This document shows, in pieces, positions 18,494 through 27,841 of a DNA stretch of 64,000 nucleotides. The notes below the pieces were generated by a model, which worked only from the letters and a program-made list of their open reading frames with translations, was not told where the DNA came from and ran no database searches. The stretch comes from Herpetosiphon geysericola. GTDB taxonomy: Bacteria > Chloroflexota > Chloroflexia > Chloroflexales > Herpetosiphonaceae. The position numbers were made by a program, and so were the translations under genes. The stretch is from positions 152,726 to 216,725 of the forward strand of contig NZ_LGKP01000040.1 in the NCBI RefSeq assembly GCF_001306135.1. The letters are read 5' to 3'. The first letter of the stretch is position 1; the number at the start of each line of letters is the position of its first letter.

Positions 18494-21400
18494 ATGTCAA
18501 TTTCAACATTTTTAAAGAAGGTCGAAGAATTACTCCAGACTGGCGTTGCCACAGAACATAGCTATCGATCAGCACTAGAGGCACTTTTTCTTTCGATGAA
18601 TCATGACATCACAGTTATTAATGAAGCAAAACGCGTATCTCAGGGATCACCTGATCTTATAATCATGAGACAGAATATCTTGATTGGTCATATAGAGGCG
18701 AAGGATGTTGGAAGAAATTTACATAGATTCATAAAAGATAGCGAGCGCTTATCGCCTAAAACATCAGAAGGATTACAACTTAATAGATATCGTAATGGAT
18801 TTTCAAATTTACTTTATACAGATGGACTTTCATGGTATTGGTTTATTGATGGAAACTTACAAAATGATGAACCTATTACTATAGGAAAATGGGACGATAA
18901 GCAAAAGAAAATTACTATATTCTCAGATAAATTCACGCAACTTGAAGCTATTATAAAACATTTTCTGGAAAATACTATAGTTATTTCAAGTCCTAAGCAT
19001 TTAGCACATCGACTTGCATCAATTACTCATTGGCTAAAAGATATTATTGAAAAAGAGGTTAAATTACAAAATTCTCAAGGAGATTTACGTCAACAATTAG
19101 AAGCATTTAAAAAAACACTTTTACCAAAACTAGAGCCAGAAGAATTTGCTGATATGTATGCTCAAACCATAGCATATGGCCTTTTTGCAGCACGTGCTGC
19201 CCAGCCTGAAAATAATTCATTTACACGATTCTATGCAGCACAATCAATACCAAAAACAAATCCTTTTTTACGTTCTTTATTTCAACAAATAGCTGGATAC
19301 GATCTAGATGAATCAATTGCATGGTTAGTAGATGAGTGTGCTTCATTACTTGCACAAACCAATATGATCGAAGTAATGCATGATTTTGGAAAATCAACAC
19401 GTCAAGAAGACCCAGTAATCCATTTCTATGAAACATTTCTACAATCATATGATCCTGCCTTAAAAGAAAAACGAGGAGTTTACTATACACCTGAACCAGT
19501 TGTTAATTTCATTGTTCGGTCAGTTAATTCAATACTCCAAACAGATTTTAATCGTACTATGGGTTTAGCAGATGATAATACAATAATTCTTGATCCTGCC
19601 ACAGGTACTGCTACTTTTCTGTATAGTGCTATTCAACACATCTATCAAGAATTAGTATCTCATGGGTTGCAAGGATCATGGAATAGATATATTAGTGAAA
19701 ATCTGTTTCCTAGAATCTTTGGATTTGAACTATTGATGGCTCCTTACACCATTGCACATTTAAAGTTAGGTATTTTACTTAAAGATTTAGGATACGATTT
19801 TGAAACATCTAATAGATTAGGAGTTTATCTTACAAATACCCTTGCCGATGCACCAGATTTACAATCATCATTTGCATTTGCTAATAAGATTGCAGAAGAG
19901 GGAGAGTCTGCCAATGAAGTAAAACATATGAAAAATGTTATGGTCATTTTAGGAAATCCACCTTATTCTGGACATTCGAGTAATAAGGGGGTATGGATCA
20001 ATAATCTTCTTCACGGAAAACTTGCTGATGGAACATTAACGGAAAATTATTATCAATTTGAAGGAAAACGTCTCGCTGAACGAAATTCTAAGTGGCTTCA
20101 AGATGATTATGTTAAGTTTATTCGTTTTGGTGAATGGCGAATAAGCAAAACTGGAGAGGGTATACTTGCATACATCTGTAACAATTCCTTTCTGGATAAT
20201 CGAACATTTCGTGGTATGAGAGAAAGTTTACTCAATGATTTTGATAAAATATATATTCTTAATCTACATGGTAACAGTAAAAAACGTGAAAAAACACCAG
20301 AAAGAAAAGTTGATGAAAATGTCTTTGACATACAACAAGGCGTTGCAATAAGTATTTTTATAAAGAAAAGAAGTTCTAGTAAGAATCGTGCAACCGTATA
20401 CTATGCTGATGTTTGGGGTAAAAGTGAAGAAAAATACAATTTTCTTGATGAAACAAATTTTGATGATATCAATTGGATAGAAATAGATATGGATAAAAAT
20501 AAAAAATCATATTGGTTTATACCAAGAAACTTTAATAATCAAAAAGAATATAATTTAATGACTTCCATATTAGAAATAATGAAAAACAGTGTTGTTGGTT
20601 TTCAGACTCATAGGGATAAATTAGCAATATCATTTAGTCAATCAGAAATGAAAGAGCGAATGAAAAGATTAATGGATGTTTCCATTAATGATAGTATCTT
20701 ATTTGATGAGTTTAAATTAAGTAAAAAAAGTCCATGGAGTTTATCAGATGCAAGAATGAGAATAATAGAAAATTATGATGAAGGTGATATCATTCCTTGT
20801 TTATATAGACCATTTGATATAAGGTTTATATATTTCAATGATTATATTGTTGATCGCCCAAGAACAGAATTAAAAAAACATGTTAAAGATAAAGAAAATT
20901 TATGCTTGTTAGTAGCAAATCAAATGCAAGACGATATGGCTTATACTCATTTTTTTGTTTCAGAATTGGTTACCATAGATCGAACCTTCAGATGTTCGCG
21001 TGGTGCGGCAATAGTACTACCCCTTTATAACTATGAAAATCCCAGTAAGCCAAATGAAGTCTCAATGTTTGACAAAACTCGAAAATCTTCTTTCAAGCTT
21101 GATTACATAAATATCGTATGTCAGAAACTGAGATTAACATGGATTGATGATGGAAAAGGTGATCAAGATGCAACCCTTGGACCAGAAGATCTATTCCACT
21201 ATATTTATGCCATATTCCATAGTGCAATATACCGTGATCGTTATATCGAATTTCTGGAGACTGATTACCCTCATATTCCACTAACAACTAATAAAACTTT
21301 ATTTTTTTCTCTAATTCAGTTAGGTTCTGAATTGGTAGATTATCATCTTTTGAGACTTCCTGGTTCAGGAGGTGTTGGTGGAAATGGTGGATCAAAAAAA

Positions 21401-21727
21401 CTAGCTCGTCCAAAAAGCGAAGGATTAAGCTTTCCTATTGATGGGAATAATGAGGTTGATGTTATTAGATATAATGCATCGAATGATGAAGAATTAGGCG
21501 AGGTATGGATTAATTCAAATCAAAAATTTATTGGAATCGATCAGGAAACATGGGATATGGAAATAGCAGGATATCATCCATTAGAGAACTGGCTTAAAGA
21601 ACGAGAAAATCGTACTTTATCAATGAATGATATAGTCCATTTTATGCGAATGGTGATTTCCTTAAAAGAAACACGTCGTATTATAGATGAAATAGACGCA
21701 GCAATACCCAATTGGCCAATCGAATAA
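18494..21727 (+). CDS. Type IIG restriction-modification enzyme (MmeI-like fused endonuclease, N6-adenine methyltransferase and target-recognition domain)
   Basis: N-terminal PD-x12-EAK nuclease motif (PDLIIMRQNILIGHIEAKD). MTase motif I LDPATGTATF. YYTPEPVV. Motif IV NPPY (ILGNPPYSG). Long C-terminal TRD. Gene is about 30% GC inside about 58% GC DNA. Confidence 0.7.
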   Translation: MSISTFLKKVEELLQTGVATEHSYRSALEALFLSMNHDITVINEAKRVSQGSPDLIIMRQNILIGHIEAKDVGRNLHRFIKDSERLSPKTSEGLQLNRYRNGFSNLLYTDGLSWYWFIDGNLQNDEPITIGKWDDKQKKITIFSDKFTQLEAIIKHFLENTIVISSPKHLAHRLASITHWLKDIIEKEVKLQNSQGDLRQQLEAFKKTLLPKLEPEEFADMYAQTIAYGLFAARAAQPENNSFTRFYAAQSIPKTNPFLRSLFQQIAGYDLDESIAWLVDECASLLAQTNMIEVMHDFGKSTRQEDPVIHFYETFLQSYDPALKEKRGVYYTPEPVVNFIVRSVNSILQTDFNRTMGLADDNTIILDPATGTATFLYSAIQHIYQELVSHGLQGSWNRYISENLFPRIFGFELLMAPYTIAHLKLGILLKDLGYDFETSNRLGVYLTNTLADAPDLQSSFAFANKIAEEGESANEVKHMKNVMVILGNPPYSGHSSNKGVWINNLLHGKLADGTLTENYYQFEGKRLAERNSKWLQDDYVKFIRFGEWRISKTGEGILAYICNNSFLDNRTFRGMRESLLNDFDKIYILNLHGNSKKREKTPERKVDENVFDIQQGVAISIFIKKRSSSKNRATVYYADVWGKSEEKYNFLDETNFDDINWIEIDMDKNKKSYWFIPRNFNNQKEYNLMTSILEIMKNSVVGFQTHRDKLAISFSQSEMKERMKRLMDVSINDSILFDEFKLSKKSPWSLSDARMRIIENYDEGDIIPCLYRPFDIRFIYFNDYIVDRPRTELKKHVKDKENLCLLVANQMQDDMAYTHFFVSELVTIDRTFRCSRGAAIVLPLYNYENPSKPNEVSMFDKTRKSSFKLDYINIVCQKLRLTWIDDGKGDQDATLGPEDLFHYIYAIFHSAIYRDRYIEFLETDYPHIPLTTNKTLFFSLIQLGSELVDYHLLRLPGSGGVGGNGGSKKLARPKSEGLSFPIDGNNEVDVIRYNASNDEELGEVWINSNQKFIGIDQETWDMEIAGYHPLENWLKERENRTLSMNDIVHFMRMVISLKETRRIIDEIDAAIPNWPIE

Positions 21728-21787
21728 CATCTCTATTGAAAGGTAATATACTGCGCAAGCAAGGAAATAATATACATTAGTTATCTT

Positions 21788-21831
21788 CTACACCACAAGC
21801 GCATCCCACAATCTAACCTATTGTGGTGTAG
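21788..21831. terminator. bidirectional hairpin between convergent genes
   Basis: 11-bp inverted repeat CTACACCACAA ... TTGTGGTGTAG (21788-21798 and 21821-21831). Confidence 0.45.
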
Positions 21832-21899
21832 AGGATAATATTTGGCTTAATCAAATTAGCGAATTCAAAGTTGACTATTTTATACATTTAATATCTTGC

Positions 21900-22838
21900 T
21901 TATGCCAAAACCTTTTCAAACCATCCTCCCCGGAAAAAACGATGCGGCTGCTGAATTCGTTGGCCTTGCTTCGTATACTGCGTTGTCCAGATCGGCGCAA
22001 GCACGCCCGATTCGCGCACGTCGTCGATGGTCGCAATGAGGAGTTGACTGCCGGGCCAGCCGATTTCCCATGCATCGAGCACAGCGCGTTTCCGCCGTTC
22101 GTTCGGCACCGTAAAAGCAATCAATGGCCAGCTATAGCGCCCTTCCCAATAGCGTGATCGATATAATTCACGATACGAGTTGGCTTTGCCAGTAATGATA
22201 CTCAGTTCCTCGGTGCCCCGATCGATTTCAATGGCATAGAGTTGATCGATCTGTCCTGGCTGTTGGCCAAGACCGAGCCATGGATACAACGATGACCGCT
22301 CACAATCGGGCAGTGTCGCATCAGCCCAGCGCCGCACCACGATAATGCCGTCGGCGCGTGGCCGCGCGGTTGGACCCAAATCCATCTCAATATAACTACT
22401 CATCCCCACAATTCCAGGAACATACGGTAGCGATTGAATCAAGCTGGTGATGACCTCGGCATATTCAATCTGGTGCTCAGCTTGATGTTGGGGATTGAAC
22501 ATCGTTGGAGCCAATCGTTCGCTCCCTTCTTCCAACAACGGAAAGGCCTGCTTGACGATTTCCCAGCCAAGCGGGGTGAGGCTATACAACCGGCCATGGC
22601 GCGTCCAGCCAATTGCACCACGCGGATCATAGCCATGCGATTGAAAGTGCTCACAGTAGGTCAGCAGCTTGGCATCAACCAGTTTGGCCAACGTGCGATT
22701 GACCGTTTGAATCGTCACGGTAAACGGATGGCCCCAGGCCGTGCGGAGGTGGCGCGAGAGCAATCGCCCGAGCCGAGCAATGAGTACAAGCACGTGCATC
22801 TCGATGGGATTCAAGCCAACGGGTGTATGGATAGTCAT
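21900..22838 (-). CDS. winged-HTH protein with replication-relaxation (Replic_Relax, PD-(D/E)xK-clan)-like C-terminal region
   Basis: N-terminal wHTH-like segment (MHVLVLIARLGRLLSRHLRTAW...VNRTLAKLVDAKLL). C-terminal YAIEIDRGTE and ADGIIVV acidic motifs. Assignment from memory of family motifs, not verified. Confidence 0.4.
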   Translation of the reverse strand: MTIHTPVGLNPIEMHVLVLIARLGRLLSRHLRTAWGHPFTVTIQTVNRTLAKLVDAKLLTYCEHFQSHGYDPRGAIGWTRHGRLYSLTPLGWEIVKQAFPLLEEGSERLAPTMFNPQHQAEHQIEYAEVITSLIQSLPYVPGIVGMSSYIEMDLGPTARPRADGIIVVRRWADATLPDCERSSLYPWLGLGQQPGQIDQLYAIEIDRGTEELSIITGKANSYRELYRSRYWEGRYSWPLIAFTVPNERRKRAVLDAWEIGWPGSQLLIATIDDVRESGVLAPIWTTQYTKQGQRIQQPHRFFRGGWFEKVLA

Positions 22839-22859
22839 TCAATCACTCCTCACGACAAA

Positions 22860-23855
22860 TTACGAAAGAACAAGCTTTTCTAAAAGTTTTTTCTTCTCAA
22901 TTATTTCTAATTGTCGCTGTTGGAGGTGTACACGAATAGCATTTTGGGTCGATGAAGCAACGAAGGCTCGATAATATACGGATACACCAAACATTATTCC
23001 ACTACCAAATAAGAAAGCAATAATACTGATGGTAAGAACGCTAGTTACTCCAACTGGTGATTGCTCTACAATACTGAAAAAAGAGAATATTTTATCGCCT
23101 GCGGCAAGAACACCAGCACCCATGGAAACAAGAATGCCCACAAGCGCAGCAACCGTCATTATTAGGCTAATGATGCTCACACTATGCATACGAGTTTCTC
23201 TTCGCTGAATGAGGAGATCTAAGGTTTGTTCCAACTGTATTGTCTCTATCGGATTCAATATTTCATTTAATTCGTCCTGCAAAAAAGTATAAATTTTTTC
23301 AACTGAATAATTATTTTTATTACTATTCATTTCAGCAATAGTAACAAAAATAAAATCCATACTTGTTATAAAGTATATACATATACTAATAAGTAATGAG
23401 ACTATAAAACTTGATATTTCTATAAATATCAAACTAAATATTATAGGATTCATATTTTGAATGTTTATCAAAGAAAAACTGATAGACATTATGTAGAATA
23501 AATATAACTCTATAAGAAGAAATGATTTTATTGCTAATGATCTTTTTATAAAAGAGAAAATATGGTCTCTATAGTGTATAGGCTTGAATACCTTAAAGAA
23601 AGCTATTCCTATAGACACAAAGAAAAAGGTACCCACAAGTATATCTATATTAAAATTCTTGAAAATAGCTACAAATGAGGTTTGACGTGCTATTGAAAAT
23701 GCCGAGAGTATCATTGCAATTACAAAAATCAAGGTATATATAATAATGAAATTACGCCCCTGACGAATTCCTCCTTTCCAGTCCTCATACATTTTTGAAA
23801 TACCTTTTTCTACTTCGTTTTGAAACTGAATACAGAGTTCAAGATTTGTCGCCAT
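22860..23855 (-). CDS. polytopic membrane protein (about 7 TM), AT-rich moron of unknown function
   Basis: Seven strongly hydrophobic 20-25-aa segments with a about 50-aa soluble loop in the middle. About 30% GC. No catalytic motif. Confidence 0.6.
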   Translation of the reverse strand: MATNLELCIQFQNEVEKGISKMYEDWKGGIRQGRNFIIIYTLIFVIAMILSAFSIARQTSFVAIFKNFNIDILVGTFFFVSIGIAFFKVFKPIHYRDHIFSFIKRSLAIKSFLLIELYLFYIMSISFSLINIQNMNPIIFSLIFIEISSFIVSLLISICIYFITSMDFIFVTIAEMNSNKNNYSVEKIYTFLQDELNEILNPIETIQLEQTLDLLIQRRETRMHSVSIISLIMTVAALVGILVSMGAGVLAAGDKIFSFFSIVEQSPVGVTSVLTISIIAFLFGSGIMFGVSVYYRAFVASSTQNAIRVHLQQRQLEIIEKKKLLEKLVLS

Positions 23856-24166
23856 AACGTCCTGCCCTTCATAAAACTATAGCGATCATACGCATGCGCT
23901 AATACATCGTTACACGCTTAATAGGTCTATCCTCTATTCAAAGCATCAAAGGTAGCTGCGCAGCCTGTTAAAGAATGTCGGCACGACCAAATAGCCAGTT
24001 TAGGCCATTCTAGTGGGCTATTTTCTACGTGGCGGTTTGTAGACCATCTGAACGCGATATGAATACGGTTTGAACACGATATGAATGGGCAAGAATGCCG
24101 CAAACATGCCGATCACTAAATGGCCGTGGCAGCGATATTAAGCAAGCCACGGCCTCGAATACTCGA

Positions 24167-24706
24167 TTAAAGTCCACTGAGCCAGTATTCATCGGTTCGC
24201 ACTGGTTCAGGTGGAACAGGACGCTGCCAGTCAGCTAACCGCCTAGCAAGAACACCATCACCCTCACCCATATATTCCCACCACGACGGCGCTCTAGGGG
24301 TGGAAAAGGCATGAATAAACACGGGGATGTGCGGTAAAACGAGCGCTGGCGGAACGGCCATGAGCGCAACCGTCCACAACTGGTGGGATTGTCCGTTAGC
24401 ATCGACGACCGTTTCCGCAAGCAAGGTTTCGAGCGGCGTACTTTGGGGCACACGCAGATACAAACCAAGAAACGGGCAGACCAGCACACTACACAGTGCG
24501 CCGCACAGATAACGCGGTGGTTGCTGGACACGAATCAGAGCAGCATCCAGTTGCTGAAAAAGCGTCATCGTGGCGTGTTGGAGCAAGGGTGCAAGGTCGT
24601 GGGGCTGCATGCTGGGTGGCGACAGCGTAATTTGCACAGTATGCTGGCCGTTATTGGGCAAAGCCAACGTTTCGGTCAAGGTAATGGTCATGGGTATCGT
24701 GGTCAT
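24167..24706 (-). CDS. hypothetical protein
   Basis: GC-rich ORF downstream of and overlapping the FtsK-like gene. Start is uncertain (24706 or 24742). Confidence 0.4.
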   Translation of the reverse strand: MTTIPMTITLTETLALPNNGQHTVQITLSPPSMQPHDLAPLLQHATMTLFQQLDAALIRVQQPPRYLCGALCSVLVCPFLGLYLRVPQSTPLETLLAETVVDANGQSHQLWTVALMAVPPALVLPHIPVFIHAFSTPRAPSWWEYMGEGDGVLARRLADWQRPVPPEPVRTDEYWLSGL

Positions 24707-24725
24707 GAGCGAGATTCCTTTCTGC

Positions 24726-25835
24726 TTAAGCACCGAGATCAAGCACCTGCTTGACCTGGCGAATTTGAGTTAAACGGCGCGTGCGTTTGCCACCCAAGCT
24801 GTCAATAATTTCGTTGCCACTTTTGCCTGCAAGAACGAGCTTGGTAATCAGGATGACATCGGTCAGCATGGCCTCGTCAACCAGGTTCTCATCGCTAGTT
24901 CCCATGGTTCCAAGCGGGGAATCACCGGCTATATCGCCCATGGAATCGGGAACTTGCCAGAGGCGGCGCGGGTCAATCGGGCGAGTGGACAACATCCACG
25001 CGGGTTCACGATCGCACCAAAACCATTGACAATTCCATTCAATCGCTGCGGGCCACGGAGCGAGCAACGGCGACTTCATTTTCTCCAACGCTCGATCGCC
25101 AATGGCAATCCACAGCAGGTTATCGAGCGCTTCGCTATCGCCTTCAATGCCCAGCGGTTTGACCAAGGTGGTTTGGGTTACCAGAATCAGATGCATCCGA
25201 TACTTAGCTGCTTGGCGCAGCATTTCGCCCACAAAGCGTTGGGCCACCGGCACTTTGGGTTTCGCTGCCGAGCCATCTTCACCATGCACCTTGCTCATCA
25301 CATCGGGCGCTTCTTCCAACACCACCGTGATGGGGTCAAACGTTTCGACACCCGTGGCCGCAGCGGCCTTGCGTCGCCCCAGTTCGGCGAGCAGTGCTTT
25401 CATCACGCGATTGATCGCAGGATAGTCATAGACTTGCGGCAAACCACCATAGTCATTGGGTCGCGCATGGGAATTGAGAATCACCAGCTGGTGGCCCTCC
25501 AGGGCGCGTAAATAGGTCAACGCCATGCTCAGCACCGACTTACCTTGCCGCGAAGGGCCAGCAATCCCGATATGCGGACGCTTGGCCAAGGTGTCGAGCA
25601 ACATGGGCCACGAATAGGTTGGCAAGTGTGCAACATCGGGTTCAACTGGTTCATCAACCACCGGTCGCGCCACGACCACTGTCCGCGCCGCAGCCGCAGA
25701 ACGCGGGGCAGCGGGGGCAGCGGCAGGGCGGCGTTCGCTGGCCGGTGTGCGCGCGTGCCACCAGAGAAACGTCCCAACAAAACTACACGCAAAGAGAAAA
25801 ATCAGCGGATATAGCCAAGGCGAATTAATATCCAT
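24726..25835 (-). CDS. FtsK/SpoIIIE-family DNA translocase (TraB/Tra-like of conjugative elements)
   Basis: N-terminal TM helix. Walker A GIAGPSRQGKS. Walker B VVLEEAPD. FtsK signature RMHLILVTQ. RBS AGGAG before the ATG. Confidence 0.7.
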   Translation of the reverse strand: MDINSPWLYPLIFLFACSFVGTFLWWHARTPASERRPAAAPAAPRSAAAARTVVVARPVVDEPVEPDVAHLPTYSWPMLLDTLAKRPHIGIAGPSRQGKSVLSMALTYLRALEGHQLVILNSHARPNDYGGLPQVYDYPAINRVMKALLAELGRRKAAAATGVETFDPITVVLEEAPDVMSKVHGEDGSAAKPKVPVAQRFVGEMLRQAAKYRMHLILVTQTTLVKPLGIEGDSEALDNLLWIAIGDRALEKMKSPLLAPWPAAIEWNCQWFWCDREPAWMLSTRPIDPRRLWQVPDSMGDIAGDSPLGTMGTSDENLVDEAMLTDVILITKLVLAGKSGNEIIDSLGGKRTRRLTQIRQVKQVLDLGA

Positions 25836-26274
25836 GGGGATGCTCCTGTGGAGTGCGGCCAAAGGCCAAATATTCTGGCCACCGCGCCGAGACAATACCA
25901 AGGATGAGACCGGCTCCCCATGCCAGGGCAATGGCTGGCATGCCAGATGTCAGTTTGTAGGCGATGGGATAAAACAACCATTCGCACCACTTGTAGGCCG
26001 TAATCATGGCATCGGGAGCGAGGAAACACCCATAGCCCCACGCGGTTCGGCGCAAGGTATAGAGTTGGCCAAGGAAAAGAAAGAGCGCCAGCCCAAGACC
26101 CGCGAGGATGCCACGATAATCGCGAATACCCCAGAGCCAGTGTTGAAAGTCACTCAGCGTCGAGACCGTGGTGACAATGCTATTGCCCCAGCCCAACGTG
26201 CAGGCGATTCCTTTGACCAATTTGCGACTCGGTTCAAGGCGGCGAAGATCAAATAACACATTCGATGTGGTCAT
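25825..26274 (-). CDS. small membrane protein (Spd-like spread protein candidate)
   Basis: 149 aa with 3-4 TM segments. Overlaps the start of the FtsK-like gene by 11 nt, so operon partner. Confidence 0.45.
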   Translation of the reverse strand: MTTSNVLFDLRRLEPSRKLVKGIACTLGWGNSIVTTVSTLSDFQHWLWGIRDYRGILAGLGLALFLFLGQLYTLRRTAWGYGCFLAPDAMITAYKWCEWLFYPIAYKLTSGMPAIALAWGAGLILGIVSARWPEYLAFGRTPQEHPHGY

Positions 26275-26386
26275 CGTGTTCTCCTTTGGTATACTAGCGC
26301 TGCATCACTTTCGTGTTCTCCGGTGATGCACGCCGCCGATGCTGATTTCATCGGCGGTTTGTGTGTCAAAAGAAGCGTGGTGGTTC

Positions 26387-26780
26387 CTAGACATCTTGAT
26401 ACTCGGGATCAGGCGGCAAATCGAGCGAATCGGGCAGCGGAACCGGAGTTTGTTCAACTGGTGGTGTACCACGGTTCAACCCATGGTCAACAACGGGTGC
26501 ACTGCGGTTCAACCCATGGTCAACACTAGGGGAACGACTGTGCAACGCGTGTTCAACAGGTTTCATCAGGACTGCGAGTAAGGTGTCCCGCACGACGTGA
26601 TCATCAAGCCGCGCAACGCTGGCCAACGCATCGGCAGTGAACAACTGGATGTCTTTGCCACAGGTATGCAGACCGATAATCACGAGGGCGCGGAGCACGG
26701 CAGACTCGTTGCCTAGGCTGGCAATCATCGCACTGAGCACGCTCGAGCTGCGGGTCGTCAGTCGTTCATCAAAACTCATT
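26387..26780 (-). CDS. hypothetical protein downstream of parM (possible partition adaptor)
   Basis: 131-aa ORF whose start overlaps the parM stop (ATGA-type coupling). Contains a protein-level repeat VDHGLNR x2 encoded by DNA direct repeats. Confidence 0.35.
26472..26525. repeat. two 21-bp direct repeats CGGTTCAACCCATGGTCAACA, plus a third GTTCAAC-containing copy at 26551-26557
   Basis: Exact copies at 26472-26492 and 26505-26525. Confidence 0.6.
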
Positions 26781-27765
26781 GGCCAAACTCCTCGTAGCGC
26801 CGCGCACGGCGGGCATAACCACGCGCGATCGCGGTTTGCGGATTGGGGGCAACGATCGTTTGGCGAAAACGCTGTTGAATCGCCTGAACCAGCATGGGCA
26901 TTTCCGCACCACCCCCAGCCACGATAATCGCCGCCAGCTTCGCACCGCTGCCCCACGCCCGAACTAGCGCATCGGCGACTTGGTGGCCATTGGCCAACCA
27001 TGGCCGATCCCAGCCGGTTGGCAGATCGCATTCCTCACCCGCGACCTCCACATAGCCAGCACGCACCGCGCGATCGACTTCGTGTAAGGTCAGATCAAGG
27101 TTGTAACGCCCACTAATTTTGGTTTGCAGCTGCTGGAGTGGATTGGCGCTTCCGAGTTCAAAGCTAATCGCACTTTCCGGCACAACATTCATCGCTTGCA
27201 CAATGCAGGCATCGACGGTGTTATGGCCCAAGTCAATCACGCCAACGCGACTCAGCTCATAGCCGCTGCGGGCAATGGCTCCGCTCGGGTCGAGCAAGAC
27301 CCCATACAACGCGCCGAGCGGTTCACTAATCACCCGAATACCGGTTTTGAGCGTCGTCCCGTGGTAATACTGGGTCACAACCGCATCCCGCAGCCGCGAC
27401 CCCAAGGCCACCGCTAAGTCGCGTTCGCCGGACCAGGCGGCGGGCAGTCCGGTAACACATGCACCACCGCAGGGCTGCTTGAGGCGCTGTAAGGCTCCTT
27501 TGACGAGCGCAGGGATAATGTGGCGATCGTAGAGTCGTTGTTGCGAGCGGAGCGAGATCGGTGCGGGATGCAGCAAGGCATCCTCGCCCGTCCACCACAG
27601 CGTGCCGTGGACTTCAACCGTGGGCACATCGTGCAGATTGCCATCGGTGCTACTGGCCGGAGCCACCAGCGCAGGAAAGATAATGGTTTCTTCGTGATCG
27701 CCGGTATTGATCGTATATTTCACATAGCCATGGCCAATATTGGCCCCATGGGCAATAGCAGTCAT
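26776..27765 (-). CDS. parM: ParM/StbA-family actin-like segregation ATPase
   Basis: 329 aa. Actin-fold phosphate-binding motifs IDLGHNTVD and IIVAGGGAE. RBS GAGGAG before the ATG at 27765. Confidence 0.7.
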   Translation of the reverse strand: MTAIAHGANIGHGYVKYTINTGDHEETIIFPALVAPASSTDGNLHDVPTVEVHGTLWWTGEDALLHPAPISLRSQQRLYDRHIIPALVKGALQRLKQPCGGACVTGLPAAWSGERDLAVALGSRLRDAVVTQYYHGTTLKTGIRVISEPLGALYGVLLDPSGAIARSGYELSRVGVIDLGHNTVDACIVQAMNVVPESAISFELGSANPLQQLQTKISGRYNLDLTLHEVDRAVRAGYVEVAGEECDLPTGWDRPWLANGHQVADALVRAWGSGAKLAAIIVAGGGAEMPMLVQAIQQRFRQTIVAPNPQTAIARGYARRARRYEEFGQ

Positions 27766-27841
27766 AGAACACTCCTCTACGATGGATGGGCGTTGAATCC
27801 CATCCATCAAGAACACATCAGTGAATCGACCCGACGCAGCC

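Noticed and set aside
18494-21727. BREX PglX or DISARM DrmMI methyltransferase instead of Type IIG RM
   Set aside because: No brxA/B/C, pglZ, brxL, drmA/B/C or helicase genes are nearby. The protein has an N-terminal PD-ExK nuclease motif typical of MmeI-like fused enzymes.
26387-27031. 214-aa ORF spanning the parM 3' end
   Set aside because: Its 5' part overlaps parM in another frame. Only the portion from the ATG at 26780 downstream of parM is plausible as a gene.
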